Assembly: GCA_963700635.1 (NCBI GenBank)
Contig: CAVOYH010000001.1
Span: 1-64,000 of the forward strand
Source of the DNA: an uncultured Bacteroidota bacterium
Lineage (GTDB): Bacteria > Bacteroidota > Ignavibacteria > UBA10030 > UBA6906
Direction of reading: 5' to 3'
DNA: 64,000 nucleotides
The translations under genes were made by a program, and so were the position numbers. Below the pieces are notes generated by a model. That model did no database searches. It saw nothing but the letters and a program-made list of their open reading frames with translations, and was not told the origin of the DNA. Below are positions 49,728 through 58,946 of this stretch, piece by piece (the stretch's first letter is position 1; each line of letters begins with the position of its first letter).

Positions 49728-50623
49728 GCCAACCGCACCTTTTTCACATTCAGGGAACGGATGTCATATTTCGGAAGTCCACGCTTTACGGCTTCCTGCA
49801 CAAGATCAACATCCTCGGGCTTGAGATCAAAGAGACGGAGTGCGGTGTGGTCCGCGCTTACCACACATGGACTCATGATCAACGACCGGGGTGTTTTGAC
49901 GTGTGCGAGGTTACCGCCCACGGGGCCGTTGGCGGTCAGGATACGGTAGGCGTCGATAATGGTGAGCGTGGGCAGGATCGTCCGGTCGATATCCACAATC
50001 TTCTGTGCGAAAGAACTGTGGAGGTCTCCCCGGTTTCCGCCCATCACACCCATAAGGTTCTTGAGTCCGAGCGTCACACGGCCGAGACTGTGGTGCTTTG
50101 CGATGGGCACATTGATGGTCTTGTCCGCCTCAAGGTAGTCTCTGTACAGAGGCCATTCCTTGATGATCTCGCCGTTCACGCTTCTGGTAATGAACCTTGT
50201 CTCGCGGATGTGGGAGACATCCGCACCTGCCTCGCGGGCGCGGGCTTCGATCTGGGAATTGGTGTAACACCGCAGCGGATTGTTGCAGGTGCGGTCAAAC
50301 ACCTTTACTGCTTTCGCACCGGCCTTAAAACACTCCCTCGTAATGGCGGCGACCAGATCGGGATTGGTATTCGCCGCGTATTGCGGGGCGCGGTCCCATC
50401 CCATGTTGGGTTTCACCACCACCACATCGCCCCGGGAGATAAACTGTTGGAGCCCGCCGAACTCTTTCAGGGCGGCCGCCAGAAGCTGGTCGGGTTCTCC
50501 ATTCTCCACCCAGACCACGTGTGGATGTGCGGGACCTGCAAACAGTGAATCCAGAGATGTCGAAAAGACCGCGGTCCCAAGCACCCCCGTACCTGCTGTG
50601 CGTAAAAAATCCCTTCGGTCCAT
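49724..50623 (-). CDS. DUF362 family protein with Tat signal
   Basis: MDRRDFL; VVVKPN, NTNP.LV, INVP.AK.H and TLGLKNLMG. Confidence 0.85.
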   Translation of the reverse strand: MDRRDFLRTAGTGVLGTAVFSTSLDSLFAGPAHPHVVWVENGEPDQLLAAALKEFGGLQQFISRGDVVVVKPNMGWDRAPQYAANTNPDLVAAITRECFKAGAKAVKVFDRTCNNPLRCYTNSQIEARAREAGADVSHIRETRFITRSVNGEIIKEWPLYRDYLEADKTINVPIAKHHSLGRVTLGLKNLMGVMGGNRGDLHSSFAQKIVDIDRTILPTLTIIDAYRILTANGPVGGNLAHVKTPRSLIMSPCVVSADHTALRLFDLKPEDVDLVQEAVKRGLPKYDIRSLNVKKVRLA

Positions 50624-50742
50624 ATTCACTCTCCTCCCGGTCGATCAACATATGCACCACCACTCATTGAGTATAGGGATTTTATTCCTTAAAATAAACC
50701 ATTGCGTCTGTGGTTCACCTGAACGGGATTGGAGGAGCGTTT

Positions 50743-51924
50743 ATGAAAGCATCGTTCATAGGAGAATACGTCAACCGGCGTGAATTCTGTCGCACCGCTG
50801 TCGCCGGTGTGGCGTTGTCCGTCTTTGGTCTCGCAGAGTCCGGCCGGGCCCAACAGATACCGCAGGTCCAGAATAAACCATCGACCAACGGCGCGGATGC
50901 CCTTGCCTATCCACGGACTGGTGCGTCGCTGCCCGGCAGATATCCCTCCCGGGTGGCGCGGGTGGTTCATGACCACGCCGTCGCCAACAATGCACCCGAT
51001 CCCGCGGTGGTCGATACGATGGTGGCCCGGGCACTGCTCGGACTCACCGGCGCATCCAGCATCGATTCCGCATGGCGGGAGTTCGTCACTCCCGAAGATA
51101 TTATCGGACTCAAGGTGAATCCGGTCGCGGGGAAATTGCTCTCCACAAGTCCGGAAATCGTCAATGTGATCATCCAGCAGCTTCAACATTCCGGAATACC
51201 GCGTGACCACATCCTGATCTGGGATCGACGCGAGTTTGAACTTGGCGAGGCGGGCTTCACACAGGAGCGGTTCCCCGGAATCCGGATCGTGGGAACTGAA
51301 CGGAAAGATGCGGCAGGCTCATTTACCGATGCGGAAGGAACGTTGTACAGCGAGTTCATGATCGACCGCCGGTGGTTCTACTGGGCCGATGTCGAGGAGC
51401 ATTACGATGCGGAAACTCTGCCGTACATGGTAAACGAAGGGAAACATTCCTATTTTACCCGTATTGTCACACAGGACGTCACAAAAATCATCAATATCCC
51501 AATCCTGAAGAACGCGGGTGCCTCGGTGACCCTCTGCTTGAAGAACCTCGCCTATGGCGCAATTACCAATACGGGCCGCCTCCACAAACAACTCTGGGCA
51601 GAAACGTGCGCAGAAGTGCCGGCGTTTCCACCTCTCCGCGACAAAGTTGTGCTAAACATCGTTGACGGGATCCGGGGATGTTACAACGGCGGCCCGGGTG
51701 CGAATCCGGAATTTTTTACCAACTACAATACGATCCTTGCCGGAACCGATCCGGTTGCCGTGGACCGGGTGGGATATGAAATCGTGCTCAAGAAACGTCT
51801 TGAGGAAAAGATTCAAAAAGAAGAGTCACCCCGGGGACGGGCTTTTCTCACCCTGGCCGAGCAAATGGGTCTTGGCACAGCGGACCTGAACGCCATTACG
51901 GTGGATCACGCCCAGCTCTTATGA
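50743..51924 (+). CDS. DUF362 family protein with Tat signal
   Basis: NRREFC; IGLKVN, INIPILK, TLCLKNLAYG and DPVAVD; GGAGG RBS before ATG 50743. Confidence 0.8.
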   Translation: MKASFIGEYVNRREFCRTAVAGVALSVFGLAESGRAQQIPQVQNKPSTNGADALAYPRTGASLPGRYPSRVARVVHDHAVANNAPDPAVVDTMVARALLGLTGASSIDSAWREFVTPEDIIGLKVNPVAGKLLSTSPEIVNVIIQQLQHSGIPRDHILIWDRREFELGEAGFTQERFPGIRIVGTERKDAAGSFTDAEGTLYSEFMIDRRWFYWADVEEHYDAETLPYMVNEGKHSYFTRIVTQDVTKIINIPILKNAGASVTLCLKNLAYGAITNTGRLHKQLWAETCAEVPAFPPLRDKVVLNIVDGIRGCYNGGPGANPEFFTNYNTILAGTDPVAVDRVGYEIVLKKRLEEKIQKEESPRGRAFLTLAEQMGLGTADLNAITVDHAQLL

Positions 51925-52775
51925 TACTACTCGCTGCGTATATCCTCCTGACTGCTCCCGGACAGGAGCCTGCCGCCTCCGGACTGGTAGACGGAGATTG
52001 TTCAGGGTGCGTCATCACCCGGACCGAACAGTTTGAGGGGGCCGCTCTGGCGGGGCACATCAACGGTGGGGCCGAACTGTACAAAGAATACGGATTTGTA
52101 TCGCTGACGGCCCAGGAGGTCCGGCTTTCCTCGGGGGAAGACCTTATTGTGGAATCATACCGGATGAGATCGCCGGATGCGGCATACGGAATGTTCTCCA
52201 TTTCCCGGCATGCGTGCGGGGAGGGGGATACAACATTCATGTATTCCTGTGCCGGTCCATACCAGATTCAATGTGCGGCGGGCGAGTGGTATTTGCGTAT
52301 CATGAATGGGAGCGGGTCAGCGGCCGCCCGGGAGCACAGCACAACGTTGCTCCGTGCCCTCGTGGCACGCACGGGTCAGGTACGATTGCCCGTGCCCCCG
52401 CTCTTCGCAACGCCGGCAACAGCGGACGTGCAGGACGGAATTCTGCTGATCACGGGACCCCTCGGCATCCAGAACGGCATGCCTGATTGGGAAGATCTTC
52501 TCGACGGCATTTCGGAGTTCACGCTCCGTGCCGTGCGCCTCAAAGACGAGGGGGGAGTACTTGCAGAACTGCAGCTTTCCGGTGAACAGGAGGCGGTGCT
52601 GGTTGCAGAGCGCCTTGGCGTGGGGATTGCGGTGGGGTCAATGCAGGAAACGCCGGGCACACGTAAACGGTTTGTACTGTGGGCATCGCCCCTCCGGGTG
52701 AGGATACTCGAAACAACGGCACGTTCACCCGTTATTGATCCTTTGCTCCAGGCCCTCTCTTCGGCGGAATACTGA
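51921..52775 (+). CDS. Exported protein of unknown function (DUF6599-like)
   Basis: Signal peptide; L..HINGGAELY..YGF and Y.M.SP..AYG.FS motifs, which I recall from proteins in DUF362 neighbourhoods. Confidence 0.6.
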   Translation: MILLAAYILLTAPGQEPAASGLVDGDCSGCVITRTEQFEGAALAGHINGGAELYKEYGFVSLTAQEVRLSSGEDLIVESYRMRSPDAAYGMFSISRHACGEGDTTFMYSCAGPYQIQCAAGEWYLRIMNGSGSAAAREHSTTLLRALVARTGQVRLPVPPLFATPATADVQDGILLITGPLGIQNGMPDWEDLLDGISEFTLRAVRLKDEGGVLAELQLSGEQEAVLVAERLGVGIAVGSMQETPGTRKRFVLWASPLRVRILETTARSPVIDPLLQALSSAEY

Positions 52776-54138
52776 TTTTTAGTTGTTTAAGCTTGGCGAA
52801 CAGCTGTCTCCGATGGATATGGAGTAACGCCGCCGCACGCGTCTTGTTCCCGCCTGTCTGTTCCAGAGCCCGCATGATCAGATCTTTTTCCACTCCGGCA
52901 ACGACTTTTTTCAGATGGAGTTCCTTCTCATCGATTACAGCGACGGGAAGGGCATCGTGTTCAGTCTTGAACGGCAGCGGCAGGGTATCAAGGGTGATGA
53001 TCTCCCCCTGCGTCATGACGATCGCCCTCTGGATCACATTCTCCAGTTCCCTGACGTTTCCAGGCCAGCTGTATGCCTGGAGTCTTTGAAGCACGTCCGG
53101 AGAGACAAGAACCATACGCCCCTGGGCATACTTGTTGAGAAAGTGGTCCACCAGCACCGGGATGTCCTCAGGGTGTTCGCGCAGGGGCGGGATGGTGATA
53201 TGCAGAATGTTCAGCCGGTAATAGAGATCCTCGCGGAAACGCCCTTCTTTGACTTCACTTTCCAGATCCTTGTTGGTGGCAGCGATCACGCGCACATCAA
53301 CCGTCAGGGTCTGTTTCCCTCCGACACGTTCAAATTGCTTATTCTGCAGGGCGCGCAGAAGTTTTATCTGAAGGGCGGGGGTCATCGTGTTCACTTCGTC
53401 GAGGAACAGGGTGCCGCCGTGTGCGAGCTCAAAGCGTCCGGGACGGAGGGCGACCGCACCCGTAAACGCTCCCCGCTCATGGCCGAACATTTCGCTTTCG
53501 AGAAGCGTTTCGGGCAGCGCACCGCAGTTCACCTTGATAAAGGGTCCCGCTTTCCGGGGAGAGTGGCGTTGCAGAGCGTCGGCAATCAGCTCTTTTCCCG
53601 TCCCGCTTTCCCCCTGGACAAGAACAGTCGTGTCGGCAGGAGCAATTCTGCCTATCTGTTTGAAGATCTCCTGCATCTTGCTGCTGGTTCCCACAATCGA
53701 TGTATGCACGGCCGTCTGATCCTGCCGGGAGACCTGTGAGCGCAGATGTTGAACTTCGCCGAGCAATTCCCGGTAGTGAAGCGAGCGGCGGACGATGAGA
53801 AGGAATTCATCAAGGTCAAACGGTTTTTCAAGATAGTCATATGCCCCCGCTTTCATTGCCTCGATCGCGCGTTCGCTCGTACCATAGGCGGTGAACACAA
53901 TCACCACGGTATCCGGATTCTGCTTCTTGATCTCCTGCAGTGCTGAGAGGCCGTCCATCTCGGGTAGGTTGATGTCGAGCAGCACAAGATCAGGGCGGCG
54001 TGATGCGGTCAGTGTCACTGCCGTCACGCCATCGCCGGCCTCGAGAAGGATAAAACCCTCTTCTTCGAGAAGTTCGACGAGATTCTGACGCATGGCAACC
54101 TCATCATCCGCCACGAGGATAGTTCTGTGTGTGTTCAT
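52732..54138 (-). CDS. sigma54-dependent response regulator (NtrC/AtoC family)
   Basis: Receiver domain (DDE, LLDINLP), [26 protein letters not shown] and a C-terminal HTH. Confidence 0.95.
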   Translation of the reverse strand: MNTHRTILVADDEVAMRQNLVELLEEEGFILLEAGDGVTAVTLTASRRPDLVLLDINLPEMDGLSALQEIKKQNPDTVVIVFTAYGTSERAIEAMKAGAYDYLEKPFDLDEFLLIVRRSLHYRELLGEVQHLRSQVSRQDQTAVHTSIVGTSSKMQEIFKQIGRIAPADTTVLVQGESGTGKELIADALQRHSPRKAGPFIKVNCGALPETLLESEMFGHERGAFTGAVALRPGRFELAHGGTLFLDEVNTMTPALQIKLLRALQNKQFERVGGKQTLTVDVRVIAATNKDLESEVKEGRFREDLYYRLNILHITIPPLREHPEDIPVLVDHFLNKYAQGRMVLVSPDVLQRLQAYSWPGNVRELENVIQRAIVMTQGEIITLDTLPLPFKTEHDALPVAVIDEKELHLKKVVAGVEKDLIMRALEQTGGNKTRAAALLHIHRRQLFAKLKQLKISIPPKRGPGAKDQ

Positions 54139-55688
54139 ACCGTCACCGCCGTGTGATCCTTGATGCCGGGGAGCGCCACCGTGCAGATTGTTCCTTTTTC
54201 CTCACGCGGGAAAAAGTTGATGTGCCCTCCGTGGGTGCGAATAATTTCGTATGCGATGGACAGACCGAGACCGACGCCATGTTCCTTGGTGGTAAAAAAC
54301 GGATCGAAGATGCGGGGGAGAACCGTGGATGAGATTCCCTCGCCGTTGTCAGCGAAGGTGATGAGAATCTGAGTCCTGTCTGCGTTGCTGGTAGTGGCAA
54401 TATCCAGTTGTCCGCCTCCGTGCATGGCGTCGATGGCGTTTGTACAGATATTGAGAAACACCTGTTCCATTCCCTGTGGATCTATCCGGACGGGGGGAAG
54501 GGTCGTGGAGTATGTGGTATGAATGCGCACCCGTTGTGCGCGGGCGGCAGGGAGGATCATTGCGACGCTTTGTTCAAGGACACGGCGCAAATCGGTCTTG
54601 GTGGGTGTGCCGGACACCGGTTTGGAGAACACCAGGAGACGCCGGACGAGGTCGGAGAGCCGGTCAATTTCGCGGACGACCAGCGCCATCGCCTCATCGG
54701 AGATCACGCCCGACTCATGGTCCCCAATTCCCCGCCGGCGCAGCTTCCGTTGCCACATCTGAATGCGTGTCTTGATCACCGCCAGGGGAGTTTTTACTTC
54801 ATGGGCAACTCTGGCGATAAGTTTGCCCAGCGTCGCCATCTTGTCCTGCTGGTGGAGCTCCTGCTCCAGGCGGGCCCGGAGATGTTGATCGTGTGAACGC
54901 GCCGAAACCATGGTATTGATGGATTGCATAATCACACCGAAGACTCCGCGGCGCACGGGGAATCGGAAGTTCGTGTCCCGCGTGAGAGTGTCCAGTCCGA
55001 CGCGGATCTCTTCGGTCCGTTTCCGGAGGGTCAACGCGATCACAATCACAATCACGAACCCGAGTGCGGATACCATGGCAGCCACGACGAGGACACTCGT
55101 AAGGCGGACCGTGGGAAGGAGGCGCTCGATGTGCACCCGGGCCCACACTGCTCCGATGGGACGGCCGTGCACCACGATGGGCTCCGTGACAAGGGGGAAG
55201 GTAGCGGGATCAAACTGATGAAGCTGAACGATGCGCTGGTGTTGCGCTACCGTCAGCCGTGCCTGTTCCCGGATAATATGATAGGAACGGGGCGGTGGCC
55301 CGAATGCCGGTTTCGGCGGAGGAGAACTCGGGAAGGCGTACCCCAGAAACTGATCCGCGGCATAGAAGTAGAAGCCTCCCTCGGTACCCTGAAACAGCGA
55401 AAGTTCGTGCGCGGTTACGGCGGCAAGCACCTCGTCTGCATGTTTCTCCTCCGCCTTCGTCCATGACGCGTCCTTCAGGAAGGAGCGAAACCACAGACTG
55501 TCGACAACCGAGGCGCCGGCCATGTTGAGTTCCTGGACGGCAGCTTCTGTCATGATCCTGTTTGTGGTGATGACCTCGTCCGTGGATTCCTGAAGCATAA
55601 GATACAGGTACACCGCTCCCCCGACAACAAGCACGACGAATCCTGCGGCAAGAAAGAGGGCTTTTACACGAAGGCTGGACTCGGTCAT
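54135..55688 (-). CDS. Membrane sensor histidine kinase
   Basis: Two TM helices, AHEVKTPL, NAIDA, DNG.G, FDPFFTTK and GLGL; start ATG 55688. Confidence 0.92.
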   Translation of the reverse strand: MTESSLRVKALFLAAGFVVLVVGGAVYLYLMLQESTDEVITTNRIMTEAAVQELNMAGASVVDSLWFRSFLKDASWTKAEEKHADEVLAAVTAHELSLFQGTEGGFYFYAADQFLGYAFPSSPPPKPAFGPPPRSYHIIREQARLTVAQHQRIVQLHQFDPATFPLVTEPIVVHGRPIGAVWARVHIERLLPTVRLTSVLVVAAMVSALGFVIVIVIALTLRKRTEEIRVGLDTLTRDTNFRFPVRRGVFGVIMQSINTMVSARSHDQHLRARLEQELHQQDKMATLGKLIARVAHEVKTPLAVIKTRIQMWQRKLRRRGIGDHESGVISDEAMALVVREIDRLSDLVRRLLVFSKPVSGTPTKTDLRRVLEQSVAMILPAARAQRVRIHTTYSTTLPPVRIDPQGMEQVFLNICTNAIDAMHGGGQLDIATTSNADRTQILITFADNGEGISSTVLPRIFDPFFTTKEHGVGLGLSIAYEIIRTHGGHINFFPREEKGTICTVALPGIKDHTAVTV

Positions 55689-55729
55689 ACAGTAAGATAC
55701 GGGATGTCTACATAATAGTGCAAGGGGCG

Positions 55730-55758
55730 TTGCTTGTCCGGTCCGGCAACGGTATATT
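55730..55758 (+). promoter_or_regulatory. sigma70-type promoter for the cNMP-aspartase gene
   Basis: TTGCTT-17 nt-TATATT, divergent from the kinase gene. Confidence 0.5.
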
Positions 55759-55792
55759 TTACAATACCTCCGTACACGCGAACATCTGATAG

Positions 55793-57658
55793 ATGCCCAT
55801 GACCCAGTTTCTTTCCACAATCGAACTTTTCCGCGATCTGGACGATGAAGAGCGCCGGCTTGTCGCCGCCACATCCACACCGGTGAATTTCAGGGAAGGT
55901 GAGTTGTTGTTTGAAGAAAACACACCACGCGCAGGGTTGTATCTTCTGCAGGAAGGAGAAGTGGAACTCTGTAAGCGAACCCCCTTCGGAGATGAAAAGC
56001 GTCTTGCACATTTCCGCCCCGGCGATTTTCTGGGAGAGGGTGTTCTGATGAACGAGGATCCCCACTCGACCTCGGCGCGCGCACTGACGGCGGCGCAGGT
56101 GCTGGTGCTGGAGGGGGGACGGCTGACCGCATTGCTCCACTCCCGCCCGAGCATCGGAGTAAAAGTGTTGTCCCGCACCGCGAGGGTCATTGTGCGCCGC
56201 ATGCGTTCGACCACGGTCCGGGTGATTGACGAGAACGCACAGTTTATCTCAGGACGTTCACGGCGGGAGCACGACCTTCTGGGAGAACGTGATGTGCCTC
56301 ATGAGTATTATTATGGTATCCAGACCCTCCGCGCCCTGGAGAATTTTCCTATCAGCGGCATCACGATGGATCTTTATCCCGCACTCATCGAAGCGCTCGC
56401 GATGGTAAAGATGGCGGCGGCGAAAGCAAATGAGGAACTTGGACTTATCTCCCATGCCGAAGCCGGTGCGATTGTCCTGGCGTGCGAAGAGATCGCCGCC
56501 GGCAAGCTCCACAATCAGTTTGTTGTGGATATGATTCAGGGCGGGGCGGGGACATCCACGAACATGAATGCGAATGAAGTGATCGCCAACCGGGCGCTTG
56601 AACTGCTTGGCTACGAAAAAGGTGAATACCAGTATTGCCACCCGAATAACCATGTCAACTGTTCACAATCGACAAACGATGCCTATCCCACCGCACTCAA
56701 GCTGGCAATCATCCGGAGTAACGCCAAACTGGTCGCGGTGCTGCAGCAACTGATCCTGTCGTTCCGCAAAAAGGCCCGCGAGTTTGAAACAGTGATCAAA
56801 ATGGGCCGCACCCAATTGCAGGACGCGGTGCCCATGACGCTGGGACAGGGATTTGAGGCGTATGCGGCGACGCTTGCTGAAGAAGTGGAACGGCTCGAAC
56901 AGAACGCACGGTTGTTTCTCGAAGTGAATCTCGGCGGCACGGCGATCGGGACCGGCATCAACGCCGAACCGGGATATGCGGAAAAGGCGGTACAGTACCT
57001 TTGCGACATCTCCGGTCTGCCCATGGTGCTTGCTCCCAATCTTGTTGAGGCGACCCAGGATACCGGTGCGTTTGTGATGTACTCCTCCGCGGTCAAGCGC
57101 CTCGCCGTTAAACTCTCAAAAATATGCAATGACCTCCGCCTCCTTTCCTCCGGGCCTCGCGCGGGGATCAACGAAATAAATCTCCCGAAGATGCAGCCCG
57201 GCTCATCCATCATGCCGGGGAAGGTAAATCCGGTTATTCCGGAGGTGGTCAACCAGATTGCCTTCAAAGTCATCGGCAATGATCTGACTGTTACCCTGGC
57301 GGCAGAAGCCGGACAACTGGAACTAAACGTCATGGAACCCGTTATCGCCGAATGTATTTTCGAATCGATCGAGATGCTCAAGAATGGCATGGCGACACTC
57401 ACCTACCGGTGTGTGGACGGCATAACCGCAAACGTCGCACATTGCCGGATGATGGTGGAGCGGAGCATCGGACTGGTGACGGCGTTAAGCCCGGTGCTGG
57501 GTTATGACGTATGCACGGAGCTGGCCAAAGATGCGCTCGAACAGGACCGGAGTGTCTATGACCTCGTCCTTGAGCGAGGACTCCTGTCAAAAGAAGAACT
57601 GGAGCGCCTCCTTGATCCCGCAACCATGCTTGCGCCGAAACGTGTGATAAAACGCTGA
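55793..57658 (+). CDS. aspA: Aspartate ammonia-lyase with N-terminal cyclic-nucleotide-binding domain
   Basis: N-terminal cNMP-type domain (LF..L, GE.LF, LYLL.EG.V, GDFLGE). Then a complete AspA: YYGIQT.RA.ENF, QGGAGTS.NMN, SQSTND, GRTQLQDA, GSSIMPGKVNP. One continuous frame. Confidence 0.9.
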   Translation: MPMTQFLSTIELFRDLDDEERRLVAATSTPVNFREGELLFEENTPRAGLYLLQEGEVELCKRTPFGDEKRLAHFRPGDFLGEGVLMNEDPHSTSARALTAAQVLVLEGGRLTALLHSRPSIGVKVLSRTARVIVRRMRSTTVRVIDENAQFISGRSRREHDLLGERDVPHEYYYGIQTLRALENFPISGITMDLYPALIEALAMVKMAAAKANEELGLISHAEAGAIVLACEEIAAGKLHNQFVVDMIQGGAGTSTNMNANEVIANRALELLGYEKGEYQYCHPNNHVNCSQSTNDAYPTALKLAIIRSNAKLVAVLQQLILSFRKKAREFETVIKMGRTQLQDAVPMTLGQGFEAYAATLAEEVERLEQNARLFLEVNLGGTAIGTGINAEPGYAEKAVQYLCDISGLPMVLAPNLVEATQDTGAFVMYSSAVKRLAVKLSKICNDLRLLSSGPRAGINEINLPKMQPGSSIMPGKVNPVIPEVVNQIAFKVIGNDLTVTLAAEAGQLELNVMEPVIAECIFESIEMLKNGMATLTYRCVDGITANVAHCRMMVERSIGLVTALSPVLGYDVCTELAKDALEQDRSVYDLVLERGLLSKEELERLLDPATMLAPKRVIKR

Positions 57659-57692
57659 CCGAACAAAAACGATCACTTGTTCAGGATATCCG

Positions 57693-58946
57693 ATGAGACG
57701 GAAAACGATTCTTCTTGTCGCAACCCTCTGCATGGCACACCTTGCGTCCGCATGCACGTCTGCCGTCGTATCCGGACGTGCCACGAAAGACGGCCGCCCA
57801 TTACTCTGGAAGCAACGGGACACCGGCAATCTCCAGAACAAGCTTGTGTACTCCACCGGGGGAGATTTCGCTTTCGTCGGGGTTCATGATCTTGCCGATA
57901 CTGCGAACGCGGAGTGTTTTATGGGGAGCAACGAAGCGGGGTTCAGCATTATCAACACCGCCTCGTACAATCTGCAGTATGAGAAGTACAGGGCGAAGAT
58001 GGACGAAGAGGGGATTCTGATGCGGCAGGCGCTCGCCTCATGTCGCACACTCCAGGATTTTGAACGATTACTCCTCGAGACAAAGGGGAAGAGGGGTGTT
58101 GAGGCAAACTTCGGCGTCATTGATGCTGCCGGCGGCGCTGCCTACTACGAGACAGACCCCTACACATACGTAAAGTACGACGCCAATGATCCGGCCGCTA
58201 CGCCGGCGGGGTACATTCTTCGTACCAACTTTTCGATGTCGGGTACACCGGACGCGGGGCAGGGGTACATACGGTATCAGACAACGGCGAATCTCTTTCA
58301 ATGGGCTTCTCTCGGGGATGGAATCTCGCTGGATTTTATCCTTCTGGAAGCAACCACAAATCTTAATCATGCCCTCGTGGGCACCAATCTGTCCCGCGGA
58401 CCACTTCCCTTTAACGATGAATCCCGGACGATGGTCAACTTCATGGATTTTGTGCCCCGTTACTCCACCGCGGCATCGATGATCATTCAGGGCGTCCGGA
58501 AAGGAGAAGACCCTGCTGCGACCACGGTCTGGGTGCTCCTCGGATCACCCCTGACAACGCCTGTTATTCCCGTATGGGTGAAACATGCCGGATTGATTCC
58601 CGCGATGTTGCTTGCTTCCGGCACGACTCCGGCTTCCCTGAACTCATATTCGCTGGAACTGAAAGGCAGGTGTTTCCCGCTAAAAACACCCGAGGGGAGG
58701 AACTACATGGATCTGTCGAAGGTGATGAATCAGCAGGGAACCGGCACAATCCAGCGCCTGAGTGCAGTGCACCGGAAGATCATCGATGTAACGCGGGTAC
58801 ACATGCGGAACAACGAGGGGGGAATCCAATCCAGGGACGCAACGGCCCTCTACCGGCTGATCCAGGTGGCTGTTCGAGAATATTACGCTACCTATCACCT
58901 CTGGCTGGCTGAGACCGGAGGAGAGAACCAAAAAACACCGCGTTGA
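57693..58946 (+). CDS. Exported Ntn-hydrolase (peptidase C45/C69-like)
   Basis: Signal peptide ends directly before CTS (N-terminal nucleophile Cys); T.DGRPLLWK.RD, G.NEAG, ANFGVID..G.A..YE and RTNF. Confidence 0.75.
   Translation: MRRKTILLVATLCMAHLASACTSAVVSGRATKDGRPLLWKQRDTGNLQNKLVYSTGGDFAFVGVHDLADTANAECFMGSNEAGFSIINTASYNLQYEKYRAKMDEEGILMRQALASCRTLQDFERLLLETKGKRGVEANFGVIDAAGGAAYYETDPYTYVKYDANDPAATPAGYILRTNFSMSGTPDAGQGYIRYQTTANLFQWASLGDGISLDFILLEATTNLNHALVGTNLSRGPLPFNDESRTMVNFMDFVPRYSTAASMIIQGVRKGEDPAATTVWVLLGSPLTTPVIPVWVKHAGLIPAMLLASGTTPASLNSYSLELKGRCFPLKTPEGRNYMDLSKVMNQQGTGTIQRLSAVHRKIIDVTRVHMRNNEGGIQSRDATALYRLIQVAVREYYATYHLWLAETGGENQKTPR

Noticed and set aside
58888-58946. 3' overlaps of convergent genes (also 52732-52775) as antisense regulation
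   Set aside because: Short tail overlaps are common and could result from indels near the stops.
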